Source of the DNA: a phage
NCBI GenBank assembly: GCA_036253055.1
Contig: GCA_036253055.1_4124.1
Reading direction: 5' to 3' (one strand)
DNA: 64,000 nucleotides
A program made the position numbers and the translations under genes. Within the stretch, counting starts at the first letter, position 1; every line of letters starts with the position of its first letter. This document shows positions 10,771 to 20,600 of the stretch, piece after piece. The notes below the pieces were generated by a model, which was not told where the DNA came from, did no database searches, and saw only the letters and a program-made list of their open reading frames with translations.

Positions 10771-11122
10771 AACGGAATAAAATTCTCCTGTACTGCTCCG
10801 GTCCAGTACTCAATCTCTTCACTGGATAATTATCAAAGATTCTTTTCATTTCTTTCTGGATTAAACATAAGAAATCAAAGTTACAATCGTACTTATTATC
10901 CCATACTAAACTTTCTTGGAATAACTCATCCTCTTGCATTAGTGTAGTGTCAATTACATCTTCACGAACATAGCTATATACTTCATAGCTCTTGAAGCCA
11001 TCTTCTGATAATTCTAATTCATATGCAGCCATATCAAACATATCATCATGGTTTGTCTTCAATGATATTAAACAAGTAACTAATTTTTTAGTTGTATAGT
11101 ATGTAATACTTAATGTGTTCAT
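10760..11122 (-). CDS. Family-A short-form paralog
   Basis: Core QEDELFQESLVWD. Confidence 0.65.
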   Translation of the reverse strand: MNTLSITYYTTKKLVTCLISLKTNHDDMFDMAAYELELSEDGFKSYEVYSYVREDVIDTTLMQEDELFQESLVWDNKYDCNFDFLCLIQKEMKRIFDNYPVKRLSTGPEQYRRILFRYED

Positions 11123-11127
11123 TTGTT

Positions 11128-11730
11128 TTATACCTCAGTATAAAGCTTACAATAGCTTTCATCAAAATCACAAACACTTCTCAAGTACTGACACAGGTCA
11201 TTGAAAATATTTACATTTGATATATATACATTATCAAATTCTGTTCGTTGAAAGAATGTATGCATAGAATTTGTAATATATCGCATTGCATCTTCACGTC
11301 CCATAGTTATATCATTTGTGAACATTGCATCTTCATCAGTACTGATGTGTTCTATTTTAAATGATTTCATAAATGGAATACTCTTTCCTAGGGCATAACC
11401 ATCACCATATGATGCTTCTACTGCACCTTTAGAATAAAGGAATTGATATAAGTCCGAATCACGATTATAAAAAGTACGACATACGGAGGAACATAATTTA
11501 TTATCTATATGAAATAAAAATCTTTTAGCATTTTTGTCTAATACTATTCGCAATGCATCACTCTCTAGAAATATATCACCATCAAGCATAAATGAGAACT
11601 GTACTAATGCTTTTTCTAAATCCGCTCGTTTGTGATAAATCATTTCCTGCATATATATAATATCATTTGCTAATTTCTTAAAAAACAAATGCACATCTGC
11701 ACTACAACATTTATTTGCATTTATTGACAT
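11128..11730 (-). CDS. Hypothetical protein (200 aa), degenerate family-A core
   Basis: Core-like EDAMFTNDIT. Confidence 0.5.
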   Translation of the reverse strand: MSINANKCCSADVHLFFKKLANDIIYMQEMIYHKRADLEKALVQFSFMLDGDIFLESDALRIVLDKNAKRFLFHIDNKLCSSVCRTFYNRDSDLYQFLYSKGAVEASYGDGYALGKSIPFMKSFKIEHISTDEDAMFTNDITMGREDAMRYITNSMHTFFQRTEFDNVYISNVNIFNDLCQYLRSVCDFDESYCKLYTEV

Positions 11731-12281
11731 AATAGTTCCTTATACATATGATGTACTTTACAAATCTCATTATAGTATTTCATATCAATGTCATTTGTAT
11801 TAAAAACGGAAACAGACAATACTGCTAACTTATCAATTAAGTAATTATTATCGGCGTACTCTTTTAACTTATTGAACATATAGATGCATTTTATGCTTAA
11901 TTCATCATGCAACACACTGTTCTGAAAAATATTCTCTTCAGTATTAGGAGATAAGTAATCTTCAATTATATACGATAAACTACTATCGCAATCTTTATAG
12001 ATTGAAATTGATGGATGTAATGTGTCATACATTACACTAAACAGAACACCGTCATATGTGGATATTAAACTATTATTGGAAACAGTAGGATGATAATATT
12101 TCAGTACTGAAAACTTTGAACAATCAGTGCAGTAAAAATGATCCATCCCTCGACGACTTTCGTATGAGAATAGTTTACTTGTATATTCAATCCCTTTGGT
12201 GCGACGGATTGTTTCATGCATTTCTGCACATTGCATTAAAATTACCATACGTTCAAACGCAATATCTAAATCATCGTACAT
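11721..12281 (-). CDS. Family-A FQ-core paralog
   Basis: Core TEENIFQNSVL. Confidence 0.65.
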   Translation of the reverse strand: MYDDLDIAFERMVILMQCAEMHETIRRTKGIEYTSKLFSYESRRGMDHFYCTDCSKFSVLKYYHPTVSNNSLISTYDGVLFSVMYDTLHPSISIYKDCDSSLSYIIEDYLSPNTEENIFQNSVLHDELSIKCIYMFNKLKEYADNNYLIDKLAVLSVSVFNTNDIDMKYYNEICKVHHMYKELLCQ

Positions 12282-12462
12282 AACGGATATCCTTCTTCAG
12301 CGAATTAATATATTCCAAAATAACTTGTTCCTGATATTGGGTTCCCAAGTACATCAGGACTTTCAACTCTTTGAATTCAGTACTATATGAGTCTGTTTGC
12401 ATCATTCTAGTAGAATATATATTGAATAGTTTAGCAATGTCATTTTGGTCTATTATTTTCAT
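12271..12462 (-). CDS. Family-B paralog (dispersed copy)
   Basis: Motif YLGTQYQEQV. Confidence 0.55.
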   Translation of the reverse strand: MKIIDQNDIAKLFNIYSTRMMQTDSYSTEFKELKVLMYLGTQYQEQVILEYINSLKKDIRYVR

Positions 12463-12661
12463 ATATTCTCTTCTGGATTAGTTCCTGTAAGTGCTGAATA
12501 TAACCCTTCATTGCAACATCCTGTTTGTTAGAGCCAACGAAGAACAAGAGCTTAAAGTCATGGTAATCCATTTTTGGTTTAGTAGTGAACCATATGTCCC
12601 ACACTGCACTCACAGTTCTCATGTATTCAATTCGATTAAATGTTTTTGAATACTTCATCAA
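12440..12661 (-). CDS. Family-B-like paralog
   Basis: Motif FVGSNKQDVAM...IQKRI. Confidence 0.5.
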   Translation of the reverse strand: MMKYSKTFNRIEYMRTVSAVWDIWFTTKPKMDYHDFKLLFFVGSNKQDVAMKGYIQHLQELIQKRIYENNRPK

Positions 12662-13172
12662 TGTTAATCGCCAATAAGTTAATATACAAATTACTGTTAA
12701 ATGCTATCTGCAATTCCATATAGAACTGAATGATAGCATAGTCAGGGTCAGTACACGATAGTTGAAAACACTGTTCGTCAAATGCATTGTAATTGTACTT
12801 AGGGATGTGAATTTCACGCTTCAAATCAGGTTGACCCCACTTCATCGCATACACACCAATGTTATTGTTCTTTTTCCTTTTCTTAAATGTTAATTGTTGA
12901 ATATTTCCAGCGTTGTCTAGGAAAATAGTATTATTCGACACAGGTGCACCAATAGAAAACAATGATGTATCAATTACGTGTGTCTCACGCACCTCACACT
13001 TCTGGAATGCCCCAGTACCCTGTAATACATAATGAAAATTGTACTTCTCATTAACAACAGTACTAGGATCGATTAAACCAGTACTGCATTTTTTGAGTAC
13101 TGGTACAATGGTGCGAATCTTTTTTGATAAATCTTGTAATGCATCAAAGTCATTGATGTTAACTTTCATCAC
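12636..13172 (-). CDS. Family-A FQ-core paralog
   Basis: Core FDEQCFQLSCT. Confidence 0.6.
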   Translation of the reverse strand: MMKVNINDFDALQDLSKKIRTIVPVLKKCSTGLIDPSTVVNEKYNFHYVLQGTGAFQKCEVRETHVIDTSLFSIGAPVSNNTIFLDNAGNIQQLTFKKRKKNNNIGVYAMKWGQPDLKREIHIPKYNYNAFDEQCFQLSCTDPDYAIIQFYMELQIAFNSNLYINLLAINIDEVFKNI

Positions 13173-13618
13173 TCGAATGTAGCCTCTTCAGTAGTAACAA
13201 AATTGGTTAGTGTATCCAGTTCAGCAGTGTCAAGATAAAATACATCTAGTACAGATTTCTGATATATTACACTGAATGTGCATAGATTGTCAAGTGTCCC
13301 TTGTTCATAAACAGTACTACCCTGGAAGTACCCTTCTTCAGTACTCAGGGATAAAATATCTGAAATTTTAAAAGATTCTTCAGTTGCATGTCTTTCTATA
13401 TTAACTATATTGCCGTTTCGGTTCAATGAAATATAATCGTATGCTAACTCAATTAGACTATAATTATCCGCATTAGTGTCAAATAAAGCGACAATTTTTC
13501 GTCTCAATCTCTCATCGTGATCATGGTTTTCATCAGCTAAGTATTCAGGATTTTCTTTGAAGAATTTAACGACGCGTAGAATATCATTTGCTTTCTTGAT
13601 TGCACTTTCGTAACTCAT
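13169..13618 (-). CDS. Family-A FQ-core paralog
   Basis: Core TEEGYFQGSTV; N-term MSYESAIKKA. Confidence 0.65.
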   Translation of the reverse strand: MSYESAIKKANDILRVVKFFKENPEYLADENHDHDERLRRKIVALFDTNADNYSLIELAYDYISLNRNGNIVNIERHATEESFKISDILSLSTEEGYFQGSTVYEQGTLDNLCTFSVIYQKSVLDVFYLDTAELDTLTNFVTTEEATFE

Positions 13619-13923
13619 AATAATTCAACCACTCCATCTCTAAAGTACATATAACTACCACCATTGGATACTGTGAATTCTATTGTCCCCAATAATATAT
13701 TATATTTTTTTATTTCACATGTAGTACTTGTAGTGTAAGGCTCACCATCTCCTAAGTACATTGACATATGACATAGAACTTTTCTACCAGCATATTTCTC
13801 TTCAAACGATTGTTCAAAACTATGCATAATTTGATTTAAAGCTGAAATGTAATTAATAAAGTCAGGTATTTCTGTCAATGAATTATAAACCGTACAAAGT
13901 GAATCAAATTCATTTTTAGTCAT
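13615..13923 (-). CDS. Hypothetical protein (102 aa)
   Basis: Track ORF, ATGA overlaps. Confidence 0.5.
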   Translation of the reverse strand: MTKNEFDSLCTVYNSLTEIPDFINYISALNQIMHSFEQSFEEKYAGRKVLCHMSMYLGDGEPYTTSTTCEIKKYNILLGTIEFTVSNGGSYMYFRDGVVELL

Positions 13924-14237
13924 TATATTTCTATCTCAATGTAATCCTGTGTGATTAAGTAATTCCAATGATACTTCACCTGCTTTTGTAATTCAATTAA
14001 CGTAAAGAAGTTGATCGATTTATCCCACACGAGCGATTCCTGGAAAATAAATGATTCATGTTCATCGTAATAATCACACTCTAAAAAATCAGGTATATAT
14101 TCACTATCGTGAATGTATTCAACAAATGAACTAGCTTGGCATTTCTTTACTACTAGTAATAATGAATTATCATGATCAAACAGATACAATAAACTAATTT
14201 CACCAGGGACGTACTGAACACTGAATAAGTTTTTCAT
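13923..14237 (-). CDS. Family-A short-form paralog
   Basis: Core HESFIFQESLVWD. Confidence 0.65.
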   Translation of the reverse strand: MKNLFSVQYVPGEISLLYLFDHDNSLLLVVKKCQASSFVEYIHDSEYIPDFLECDYYDEHESFIFQESLVWDKSINFFTLIELQKQVKYHWNYLITQDYIEIEI

Positions 14238-14686
14238 TCTATACCTTCTGGATCTTTACGAAGTTCTTCGAAATCCAAATAAAATCGAGGACAGTTAACA
14301 CTCTTTAAGTACCACATAATAACTAATGCTTCAAGTACTTCATCATCGTAAACAGTACTGTTTTGGAAGTAATACTCTTCACTATCCCACGGACCTTCCA
14401 GTACTTCATAATTCAAAATTAATGGTTTTTTGCGATTAATAAAACGAATGCTACCATTTTCAACATAACTAATAAATTCTGCATCTCTATTGTATTCAGA
14501 AAACGATATAGGACTATTGGAATTCAACCCAAGAATAACCCTTACACCAACGGAGTTATTATACATTTCATCCTTGTAGTAGTTGCCGTTCTCGGCTTTG
14601 TACACTTCTTTGAACTTTCCTGCCTTTATATCGTCAAAGTATCCATGTAGTTCTTTTGCTTTTTCAAGAGCACTTTGTAATGACAT
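14234..14686 (-). CDS. Family-A FQ-core paralog (MSLQSAL subgroup)
   Basis: Core SEEYYFQNSTV; N-term MSLQSALEKAKE. Confidence 0.7.
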   Translation of the reverse strand: MSLQSALEKAKELHGYFDDIKAGKFKEVYKAENGNYYKDEMYNNSVGVRVILGLNSNSPISFSEYNRDAEFISYVENGSIRFINRKKPLILNYEVLEGPWDSEEYYFQNSTVYDDEVLEALVIMWYLKSVNCPRFYLDFEELRKDPEGIE

Positions 14687-15152
14687 TACCTTCTCCTACA
14701 GTATTCTCTACATATTCATAATCAAAATAGAAACTACTGGAGTCAATACTTTTGAAATACCACATAATTACAATAACATCTAATTCTTCTTCATTGTACA
14801 ACGTACTATTCTGGAAGTAATATTCTTCACTATCCCACGGTCCTTCCAGTACTGAATAAGGAATGATAGTGTCATCAGCATCACTATCTGTGTTGTAGAT
14901 GGTAATATCTTCATTACGACAATAACTAATGTACTGATTGTACATATGATATTCACAGTTATCACTGTCACCAGTATCAGTGTGCAGTACTAATGTTTCT
15001 GCACATATCTCGGACTCGTCATAATCGTCACGGTCTTTTACAAAAAATTCAGTATCAGATGTTTTATATACACCTGGTACTGAACCTTCCTGTACCATAA
15101 TCATGTACTCATGAATCTTCTTTGCTTCTTTCAATGCACTTTGTAATGACAT
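14664..15152 (-). CDS. Family-A FQ-core paralog (MSLQSAL subgroup)
   Basis: Core SEEYYFQNSTL. Confidence 0.7.
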   Translation of the reverse strand: MSLQSALKEAKKIHEYMIMVQEGSVPGVYKTSDTEFFVKDRDDYDESEICAETLVLHTDTGDSDNCEYHMYNQYISYCRNEDITIYNTDSDADDTIIPYSVLEGPWDSEEYYFQNSTLYNEEELDVIVIMWYFKSIDSSSFYFDYEYVENTVGEGNVITKCS

Positions 15153-15595
15153 TACAAATCCCCTGTACTTAAATATTCACATGCTCCCCAGTCAAGAAAG
15201 AATGGTTCAAAATTCAATTCCTTAAAGTACCACAACACAACCAAGGAATCAAGAATTTCTTGGTTAAAAATGAGACTCTGTTGGAAGTAATACTCTTCAG
15301 TACCCCACGGGCCATCAAGTACCCCGAAGTCAACAGGTGTATTTGTTGTGTCAAAAGTAATCTTAGTACCTGGAATATATACAAAAAAATTAGTATATTG
15401 ACTACATGAAGAGTACTGTATAGTATTGTCTTTATCCTGTCCCATAAGTAAAATATCATCAGAGTATGTCTTTATACCTGATAGATAATACTCATCACCA
15501 AATGCACTTACTTTATCACCATAGAACCCACTTTTTATGTTATCGTGGAAGTGATGTATTCTGTGTGCTAGTTCAAGTGCACTTGCTAAACTCAT
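15152..15595 (-). CDS. Family-A FQ-core paralog (MSLQSAL subgroup)
   Basis: Core TEEYYFQQSLI. Confidence 0.7.
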   Translation of the reverse strand: MSLASALELAHRIHHFHDNIKSGFYGDKVSAFGDEYYLSGIKTYSDDILLMGQDKDNTIQYSSCSQYTNFFVYIPGTKITFDTTNTPVDFGVLDGPWGTEEYYFQQSLIFNQEILDSLVVLWYFKELNFEPFFLDWGACEYLSTGDL

Positions 15596-16062
15596 ATATC
15601 CTCTTTAATAACTCGTAGTAGATCCAAGTCCAAATAGAAGCTAGGACAATCTGTATTATTAAAGTACCACAGAATGACAAGCTTGTCAAGTACATCTTCC
15701 TCGTAGATAGTATTCTGCTGGAAGTAGTACTCTTCACTTCCCCAGTCATTATCCAGTACTGAATACGGAAGATGTTTCTCTGCTGCACCAGATATAATGT
15801 CAGAATCTTGTATTAAAATATCAGCATCACGACAGAAGTACATGTAATTATCTTCCAAATTAACATCACACCCATTGAGTGTTGTTTCAGAAGAATCTAA
15901 GTTTTCTTCATACATGTGAATGTACTCACTACTGTCATCGTATCTCATTCGACAATATGATTTACCTTCCTTGAATAGATATCCATTAAGACAATTTGCT
16001 ACAATTTCTTTGCTGCATAAATCAATTAACTTCGCAATCTCTAATGCTCTTTCTAAACTCAT
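15592..16062 (-). CDS. Family-A FQ-core paralog (MSLQSAL subgroup)
   Basis: Core SEEYYFQQNTI. Confidence 0.7.
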   Translation of the reverse strand: MSLERALEIAKLIDLCSKEIVANCLNGYLFKEGKSYCRMRYDDSSEYIHMYEENLDSSETTLNGCDVNLEDNYMYFCRDADILIQDSDIISGAAEKHLPYSVLDNDWGSEEYYFQQNTIYEEDVLDKLVILWYFNNTDCPSFYLDLDLLRVIKEDI

Positions 16063-16063
16063 T

Positions 16064-16555
16064 TCAACCCCTGTTAATACCGTTATCTACAGTTTTCTTT
16101 ACGTATTTGTAATCGAAATAGAAGTTCCCAGAACCAATACTTTTAAAGTACCACATAATTATAATAACATCAAGTACTTCATTATCATATACAGTACTTT
16201 GTTGGAAGTAATACTCTTCACTATCCCACGGACCTTCCAGTACTTCACTCGGAATTATAATGTCATTGGAATCGCTGTCAGTACTGTTGATGGTATCTGT
16301 ATCATTAATATAGACCATGTACTCATTATGCATATTAATGAAGCATTCATAATCATTAGGGTCGGTATCTAGTATGCACGTTTCTGTATCCAGTACGCAC
16401 GTTTCTGTATCTGAGCAGTCATTATAAAGGAGGTTATCCGGTACATAATATTGAGTACTTGTGTCTTTGAAAACACCGTAAACTGAACCTTCTTTTGCCA
16501 TATTCATGTACTCATGAATCTTCTTTGCTTTTTCCAATGAACTCTGTAATGTCAT
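16064..16555 (-). CDS. Family-A FQ-core paralog (MSLQSAL subgroup)
   Basis: Core SEEYYFQQSTV. Confidence 0.7.
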   Translation of the reverse strand: MTLQSSLEKAKKIHEYMNMAKEGSVYGVFKDTSTQYYVPDNLLYNDCSDTETCVLDTETCILDTDPNDYECFINMHNEYMVYINDTDTINSTDSDSNDIIIPSEVLEGPWDSEEYYFQQSTVYDNEVLDVIIIMWYFKSIGSGNFYFDYKYVKKTVDNGINRG

Positions 16556-16564
16556 TTTATAATC

Positions 16565-16924
16565 TCATATATTGAAATAATAATTATTCGTTCTTGATGG
16601 GGATGGATTAAATACGTTTTCTTTTTCAAATCTCTTCATTTCATTTTGCAAAGAAACCATTTCTTCAAATGTACAGGAGTACTTATTCTTATCAAACACT
16701 AATGCAGCCTGAAATAGTTCACCATCGTCCAGTACTGTATAATCTATAAGACTCTCAGATTCATAGTCATAGTCGTCATGTGATACATGAATAAATTTAA
16801 AACAAGAATCTTTGTAATGCATATATAAACTCAACTCATGTTCCGAGTCGCCCTTAATAAGATTACAGCACAAGTCCCATCCTTTAGGTAACTTATAATA
16901 GTACATAGAATAATCATATGTCAT
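16565..16924 (-). CDS. Family-A short-form paralog
   Basis: Core DDGELFQAALVFD. Confidence 0.65.
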   Translation of the reverse strand: MTYDYSMYYYKLPKGWDLCCNLIKGDSEHELSLYMHYKDSCFKFIHVSHDDYDYESESLIDYTVLDDGELFQAALVFDKNKYSCTFEEMVSLQNEMKRFEKENVFNPSPSRTNNYYFNI

Positions 16925-17277
16925 TCTTGAATTCCTAAATTGAATTTGTATTCTTGATTAATACTTGCATTGGGTTTATGCAAAGCAGCATACTCTTTCA
17001 TTTCATTTTGTATTGCAATAACTTCTTCAAATGTACACAAGTACTTCTTATCAAATACTAATGATTCTTGGAATAGTTCTGCGGTATCCATTAATGTATA
17101 GTCCGGCATATCTTGGTGTGGATACTGTAATGAACTGTAATCAATGAATGTAAATTTACCCTGAGTGTAATGAATATACTCATTTGCACTGTGCATTAAA
17201 TCACCTTTGTTTAAATTACAAAAGTACTGATAACTGTGCTTGAAAGTATGTACTGATATTAAAAAATCAAATTCCAT
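16921..17277 (-). CDS. Family-A short-form paralog
   Basis: Core DTAELFQESLVFD. Confidence 0.65.
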   Translation of the reverse strand: MEFDFLISVHTFKHSYQYFCNLNKGDLMHSANEYIHYTQGKFTFIDYSSLQYPHQDMPDYTLMDTAELFQESLVFDKKYLCTFEEVIAIQNEMKEYAALHKPNASINQEYKFNLGIQE

Positions 17278-17648
17278 CAGTACTCAACCTCTACATAAAT
17301 AGATTCAGGAAACTTAGTCATATAATCTTCTGGATAGTTCTGCATTACTTTGATCATTTCTGCCTGTGTAGCACGGACGTATTCAATTGGTGCTCCTGGT
17401 AAATTCCAGACAGTACTTTCCTGAAAGAATTCCTCTTCTGACAGTACTGTCAGATTTACAAAATCATTACGGTAATTTTTTGAATCATCATATGTGAAGA
17501 TTTTAAAAGACCCATTTTCATATAGTACAAGAACAAAATGGGAGAATTTTTGTAATGCACCACCAAGGCTTTCCACGACCGCATGATTCAGTGTACAGAT
17601 GACCTCTCTTTTCCTCATACCGAATTGAATTCTAATTTCTTTTTTCAT
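17277..17648 (-). CDS. Family-A short-form paralog
   Basis: Core SEEEFFQESTVWN; SD GAAGGAG. Confidence 0.65.
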   Translation of the reverse strand: MKKEIRIQFGMRKREVICTLNHAVVESLGGALQKFSHFVLVLYENGSFKIFTYDDSKNYRNDFVNLTVLSEEEFFQESTVWNLPGAPIEYVRATQAEMIKVMQNYPEDYMTKFPESIYVEVEY

Positions 17649-17806
17649 AAAATCTCCTTCAGATTAGTACTGAATTTGTACAGAATATTAGAACTGTATA
17701 CAGCCTCTGTATCTGTATCCATAATCAAATCACCTTTGTTTAAATTACAAAAGTACTGATAACTGTGCTTAAAAGAATGTACTGATATTAAAAAATCAAA
17801 TTCCAT
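17645..17806 (-). pseudogene. Truncated duplicate of the 5' end of gene 16921-17277
   Basis: 80-nt direct repeat (17198-17277 vs 17726-17805, 2 mismatches); ORF keeps first ~27 aa (MEFDFLISVH...) then diverges, 53 aa. Confidence 0.5.
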
Positions 17807-18183
17807 CACACTTCCCCTAGATTGAAATGATTACAAAAATCATCTTCACCAGTACTGCACCAGATATCTATACATTCCCTGTGAATACATTTAATTCTAC
17901 GCTGTAATTCAATCATCTCTTCTAATGTACAGATGTACTTCTTATCAAATACTAATGCCGCCTGAAACAGTGCAGCATCATCAAGTACTGTATAGTCCAA
18001 CATCTCGGTTGCTTTACCCCTAAACCCAGTACTAAAATCCATCAAATAAAAGTCAGCATTCCAGTACTTTAAAATCTTGTCCCTAGCGTAGTTTAAATCA
18101 CCCTTGTATAAGTTAGAGTGCGTAACTAACTCACCAGTGTACATCCATGTCCTTGCACAAAATTCATTATATTTTATTTCCAT
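17806..18183 (-). CDS. Family-A short-form paralog
   Basis: Core DDAALFQAALVFD; start moved to ATG 18183 (MEIKYNEF). Confidence 0.55.
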   Translation of the reverse strand: MEIKYNEFCARTWMYTGELVTHSNLYKGDLNYARDKILKYWNADFYLMDFSTGFRGKATEMLDYTVLDDAALFQAALVFDKKYICTLEEMIELQRRIKCIHRECIDIWCSTGEDDFCNHFNLGEV

Positions 18184-18381
18184 CTTAATCTCTACTATAA
18201 TTAATAAGGTAAACTCCAATATAAGGAGCACGTTCGGCGGCGGGGTATTTTTTGTTTAAGGAAACATGAACTGTACTCTGAAAAACACAATATAAAACTT
18301 TATATTAAACATATACCTTAGCATGTTTTTCAGCGGAAATTTTTTTGACCCCCCCCTGCGGCCTGTCAAAATGAAACGTCT

Positions 18382-18618
18382 CTATTTATTCAGCCTAGAA
18401 ACCTTGATTTCTTCAATCCTTTTCAACGCACAAAGCTTGCGACTCGTATTCCTGTACATATTCATTACACGCTGTAATGCATTGTCCTGATATTCCCTCA
18501 CTGTTGCACGCTCAGGATTGTGTACTAAACACGAACTCTTCAAAATCGAATCCATCATGAATTCAAAACCTTTCATCGTATATGGACTCATTGTTTCTGG
18601 TTCTTCAAACGTAATCAT
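18382..18618 (-). CDS. Hypothetical protein (78 aa)
   Basis: Track ORF. Confidence 0.45.
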   Translation of the reverse strand: MITFEEPETMSPYTMKGFEFMMDSILKSSCLVHNPERATVREYQDNALQRVMNMYRNTSRKLCALKRIEEIKVSRLNK

Positions 18619-18835
18619 TATACCAATCCCCTATTCCCTCTAACCTTCTAAGATATCTTGCGTAAATTATTTCGAAATATCGATGCAACGAAATTACGGA
18701 TTGTTCATAATCATCATTCCTGTACATTGTGCATGTAAGAAAATCATTTAAACCGTAATCTAAACTGCACTTAAACTTCTCCTTTGCAATATCACTATTA
18801 CTTGCACTTTTCATAATAAACCCTTTGTACCGCAT
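18605..18835 (-). CDS. Hypothetical protein, family-A C-terminal-like (possible split gene)
   Basis: Degenerate core DDYEQSVISL; upstream out-of-frame ORF 18798-18968. Confidence 0.4.
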   Translation of the reverse strand: MRYKGFIMKSASNSDIAKEKFKCSLDYGLNDFLTCTMYRNDDYEQSVISLHRYFEIIYARYLRRLEGIGDWYNDYV

Positions 18836-18968
18836 TGGTGTACTGTGAACTCAGCACCACCAATAGGTAATCAATATTGTAAGCACGATTTCCTCGTTGA
18901 CAGGCACGACTGGAATAAAGAATATTATCCACATATGTATTGAACTGATCTTCAAATAACTCTTTCAT
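18798..18968 (-). CDS. Small ORF (56 aa), possible N-terminal half of a frameshifted family member
   Basis: Not in track; ATG-initiated, overlaps 18605-18835 in another frame. Confidence 0.3.
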   Translation of the reverse strand: MKELFEDQFNTYVDNILYSSRACQRGNRAYNIDYLLVVLSSQYTNAVQRVYYEKCK

Positions 18969-18989
18969 TAGCATCATCCCATCACAAAA

Positions 18990-19532
18990 TCATACATTAA
19001 CAACTTTATCGATGTAATCTTCTAACATATCAATATATCTGGTATTGGTTCTAACTAAAAGGTATGCAAATCCAGAAAACTCCTGTGTATAATGCTTTAC
19101 AGCGTACATACAACGAAGCTTATCATTGTCATACATTGTACTGTACTGAAACAAACTCTCGTCTGATAGCTCTAATAACGCTTGGGCTTCACTTCTCGTG
19201 AACTTCATAGGGTCATGTACTGCATCACAAAAACAAACCTGTGTCTCGCTATTGAAACCCTGTGATAGATATATACCTTCACACTCGGAACGCACCGATA
19301 CGGCATTATAACTATGTGTTGCCCCCATCATATCTGAACTCAAAACTAAAATCAACCCATTTTTATTTTTAATCAACAAATCTGACTTAAGGGATTTGAT
19401 CTCCGTATGGGAAATATCACCAAATCTTCCGGGAACCTCAAACTTATCAACGTTGTATACAATCTTTTGTACTTGCTCTTTTAAACGCTTAATTGCACTT
19501 CTGTCTTTTTCTAATGTATCTAATAAACTCAT
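18990..19532 (-). CDS. Family-A FQ-core paralog
   Basis: Core SDESLFQYSTM; start moved to ATG 19532 (MSLLDTLEK). Confidence 0.55.
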   Translation of the reverse strand: MSLLDTLEKDRSAIKRLKEQVQKIVYNVDKFEVPGRFGDISHTEIKSLKSDLLIKNKNGLILVLSSDMMGATHSYNAVSVRSECEGIYLSQGFNSETQVCFCDAVHDPMKFTRSEAQALLELSDESLFQYSTMYDNDKLRCMYAVKHYTQEFSGFAYLLVRTNTRYIDMLEDYIDKVVNV

Positions 19533-19542
19533 TGTACTTTCC

Positions 19543-19884
19543 TTACATATTTGTATCGAACAATACGGAACTGCGAACGTCATTGATCGACAATTCATGT
19601 ACATATATATTTTGTCTGAACAAAGGAACTAATTGAACTAAACTTTGTTGCATAATAATATGCATATGTACATTGTCATATGCCGTTTCGTATTGGAAAC
19701 GTGCTGCTTCATCTTCTATGAAATTAGGAACTTGGACTGGATTTTCAAAATTTGTTCTTGAACTGAACTGCACATCATTGTCCTGTACTTTAATACCATA
19801 TGCATTATCATCATCATATACATCTAATTCAATTAAACTACCATCACTTTTTATGTTTACCACACAAACCGAAAATCGACTCAT
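19543..19884 (-). CDS. Family-A-like short paralog
   Basis: Core DEAARFQYETA. Confidence 0.55.
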   Translation of the reverse strand: MSRFSVCVVNIKSDGSLIELDVYDDDNAYGIKVQDNDVQFSSRTNFENPVQVPNFIEDEAARFQYETAYDNVHMHIIMQQSLVQLVPLFRQNIYVHELSINDVRSSVLFDTNM

Positions 19885-20396
19885 AAACCTATTTCCTCTA
19901 AATCTTTGACAAATGTATCATAATCCGATAATGACAAAAATATGTCTGTACTGATGTTCTGACGTAATGTATTAAACAAATTATGTACCTGTAATAAATC
20001 AGGTGAATAAATCAGGGATTGCTGGAAATACGATTCTTCTGTATCTAATATATCCCTGCACTCAATTTCACGAACTCGTTGGTATATTGAATTTAATAAT
20101 ACATTTTCATCTTTGAGCATTGGAAGGTATCGGATGTACATGTTCTCCATCAACTCATCTTGGATTGAACCCCTGAACTGCAACACGTATTCAAAACACA
20201 TCACTACATCTTGTAGGTAATTGGCACTGTACTGATTACTATACACGATTTTATGACAACTGAACTCGGAATCATTTCTGAACCAATTGTTACCCTCTTT
20301 CCTGTACTTATGACTAAGCTTCCCATCCTCCAACGCTCGAATAAACTTCATAATGTTAATTGCAAAATCATATGAATGATGCTTGTGTTGATGCAT
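19881..20396 (-). CDS. Family-A FQ-core paralog
   Basis: Core TEESYFQQSLI. Confidence 0.65.
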   Translation of the reverse strand: MHQHKHHSYDFAINIMKFIRALEDGKLSHKYRKEGNNWFRNDSEFSCHKIVYSNQYSANYLQDVVMCFEYVLQFRGSIQDELMENMYIRYLPMLKDENVLLNSIYQRVREIECRDILDTEESYFQQSLIYSPDLLQVHNLFNTLRQNISTDIFLSLSDYDTFVKDLEEIGL

Positions 20397-20404
20397 TTTT
20401 TACC

Positions 20405-20599
20405 TCAATTCTGTCCGAAAAAATAACCAAAATGTTTAAAGCAAGAAAGCATTACTATGTTCATCACTCTATCATCAAATTCATCTTGTGTTTCTGCACA
20501 TAATGTTCCACTGATATTCATATGTAATAATTCAAGCTGGAAACTATCGGTGAACCAATCAAACTTACGGTATTTTTGTTTAATATCAATTATAAGCAT
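20405..20599 (-). CDS. Hypothetical protein (64 aa)
   Basis: Track ORF. Confidence 0.4.
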   Translation of the reverse strand: MLIIDIKQKYRKFDWFTDSFQLELLHMNISGTLCAETQDEFDDRVMNIVMLSCFKHFGYFFGQN

Positions 20600-20600
20600 A

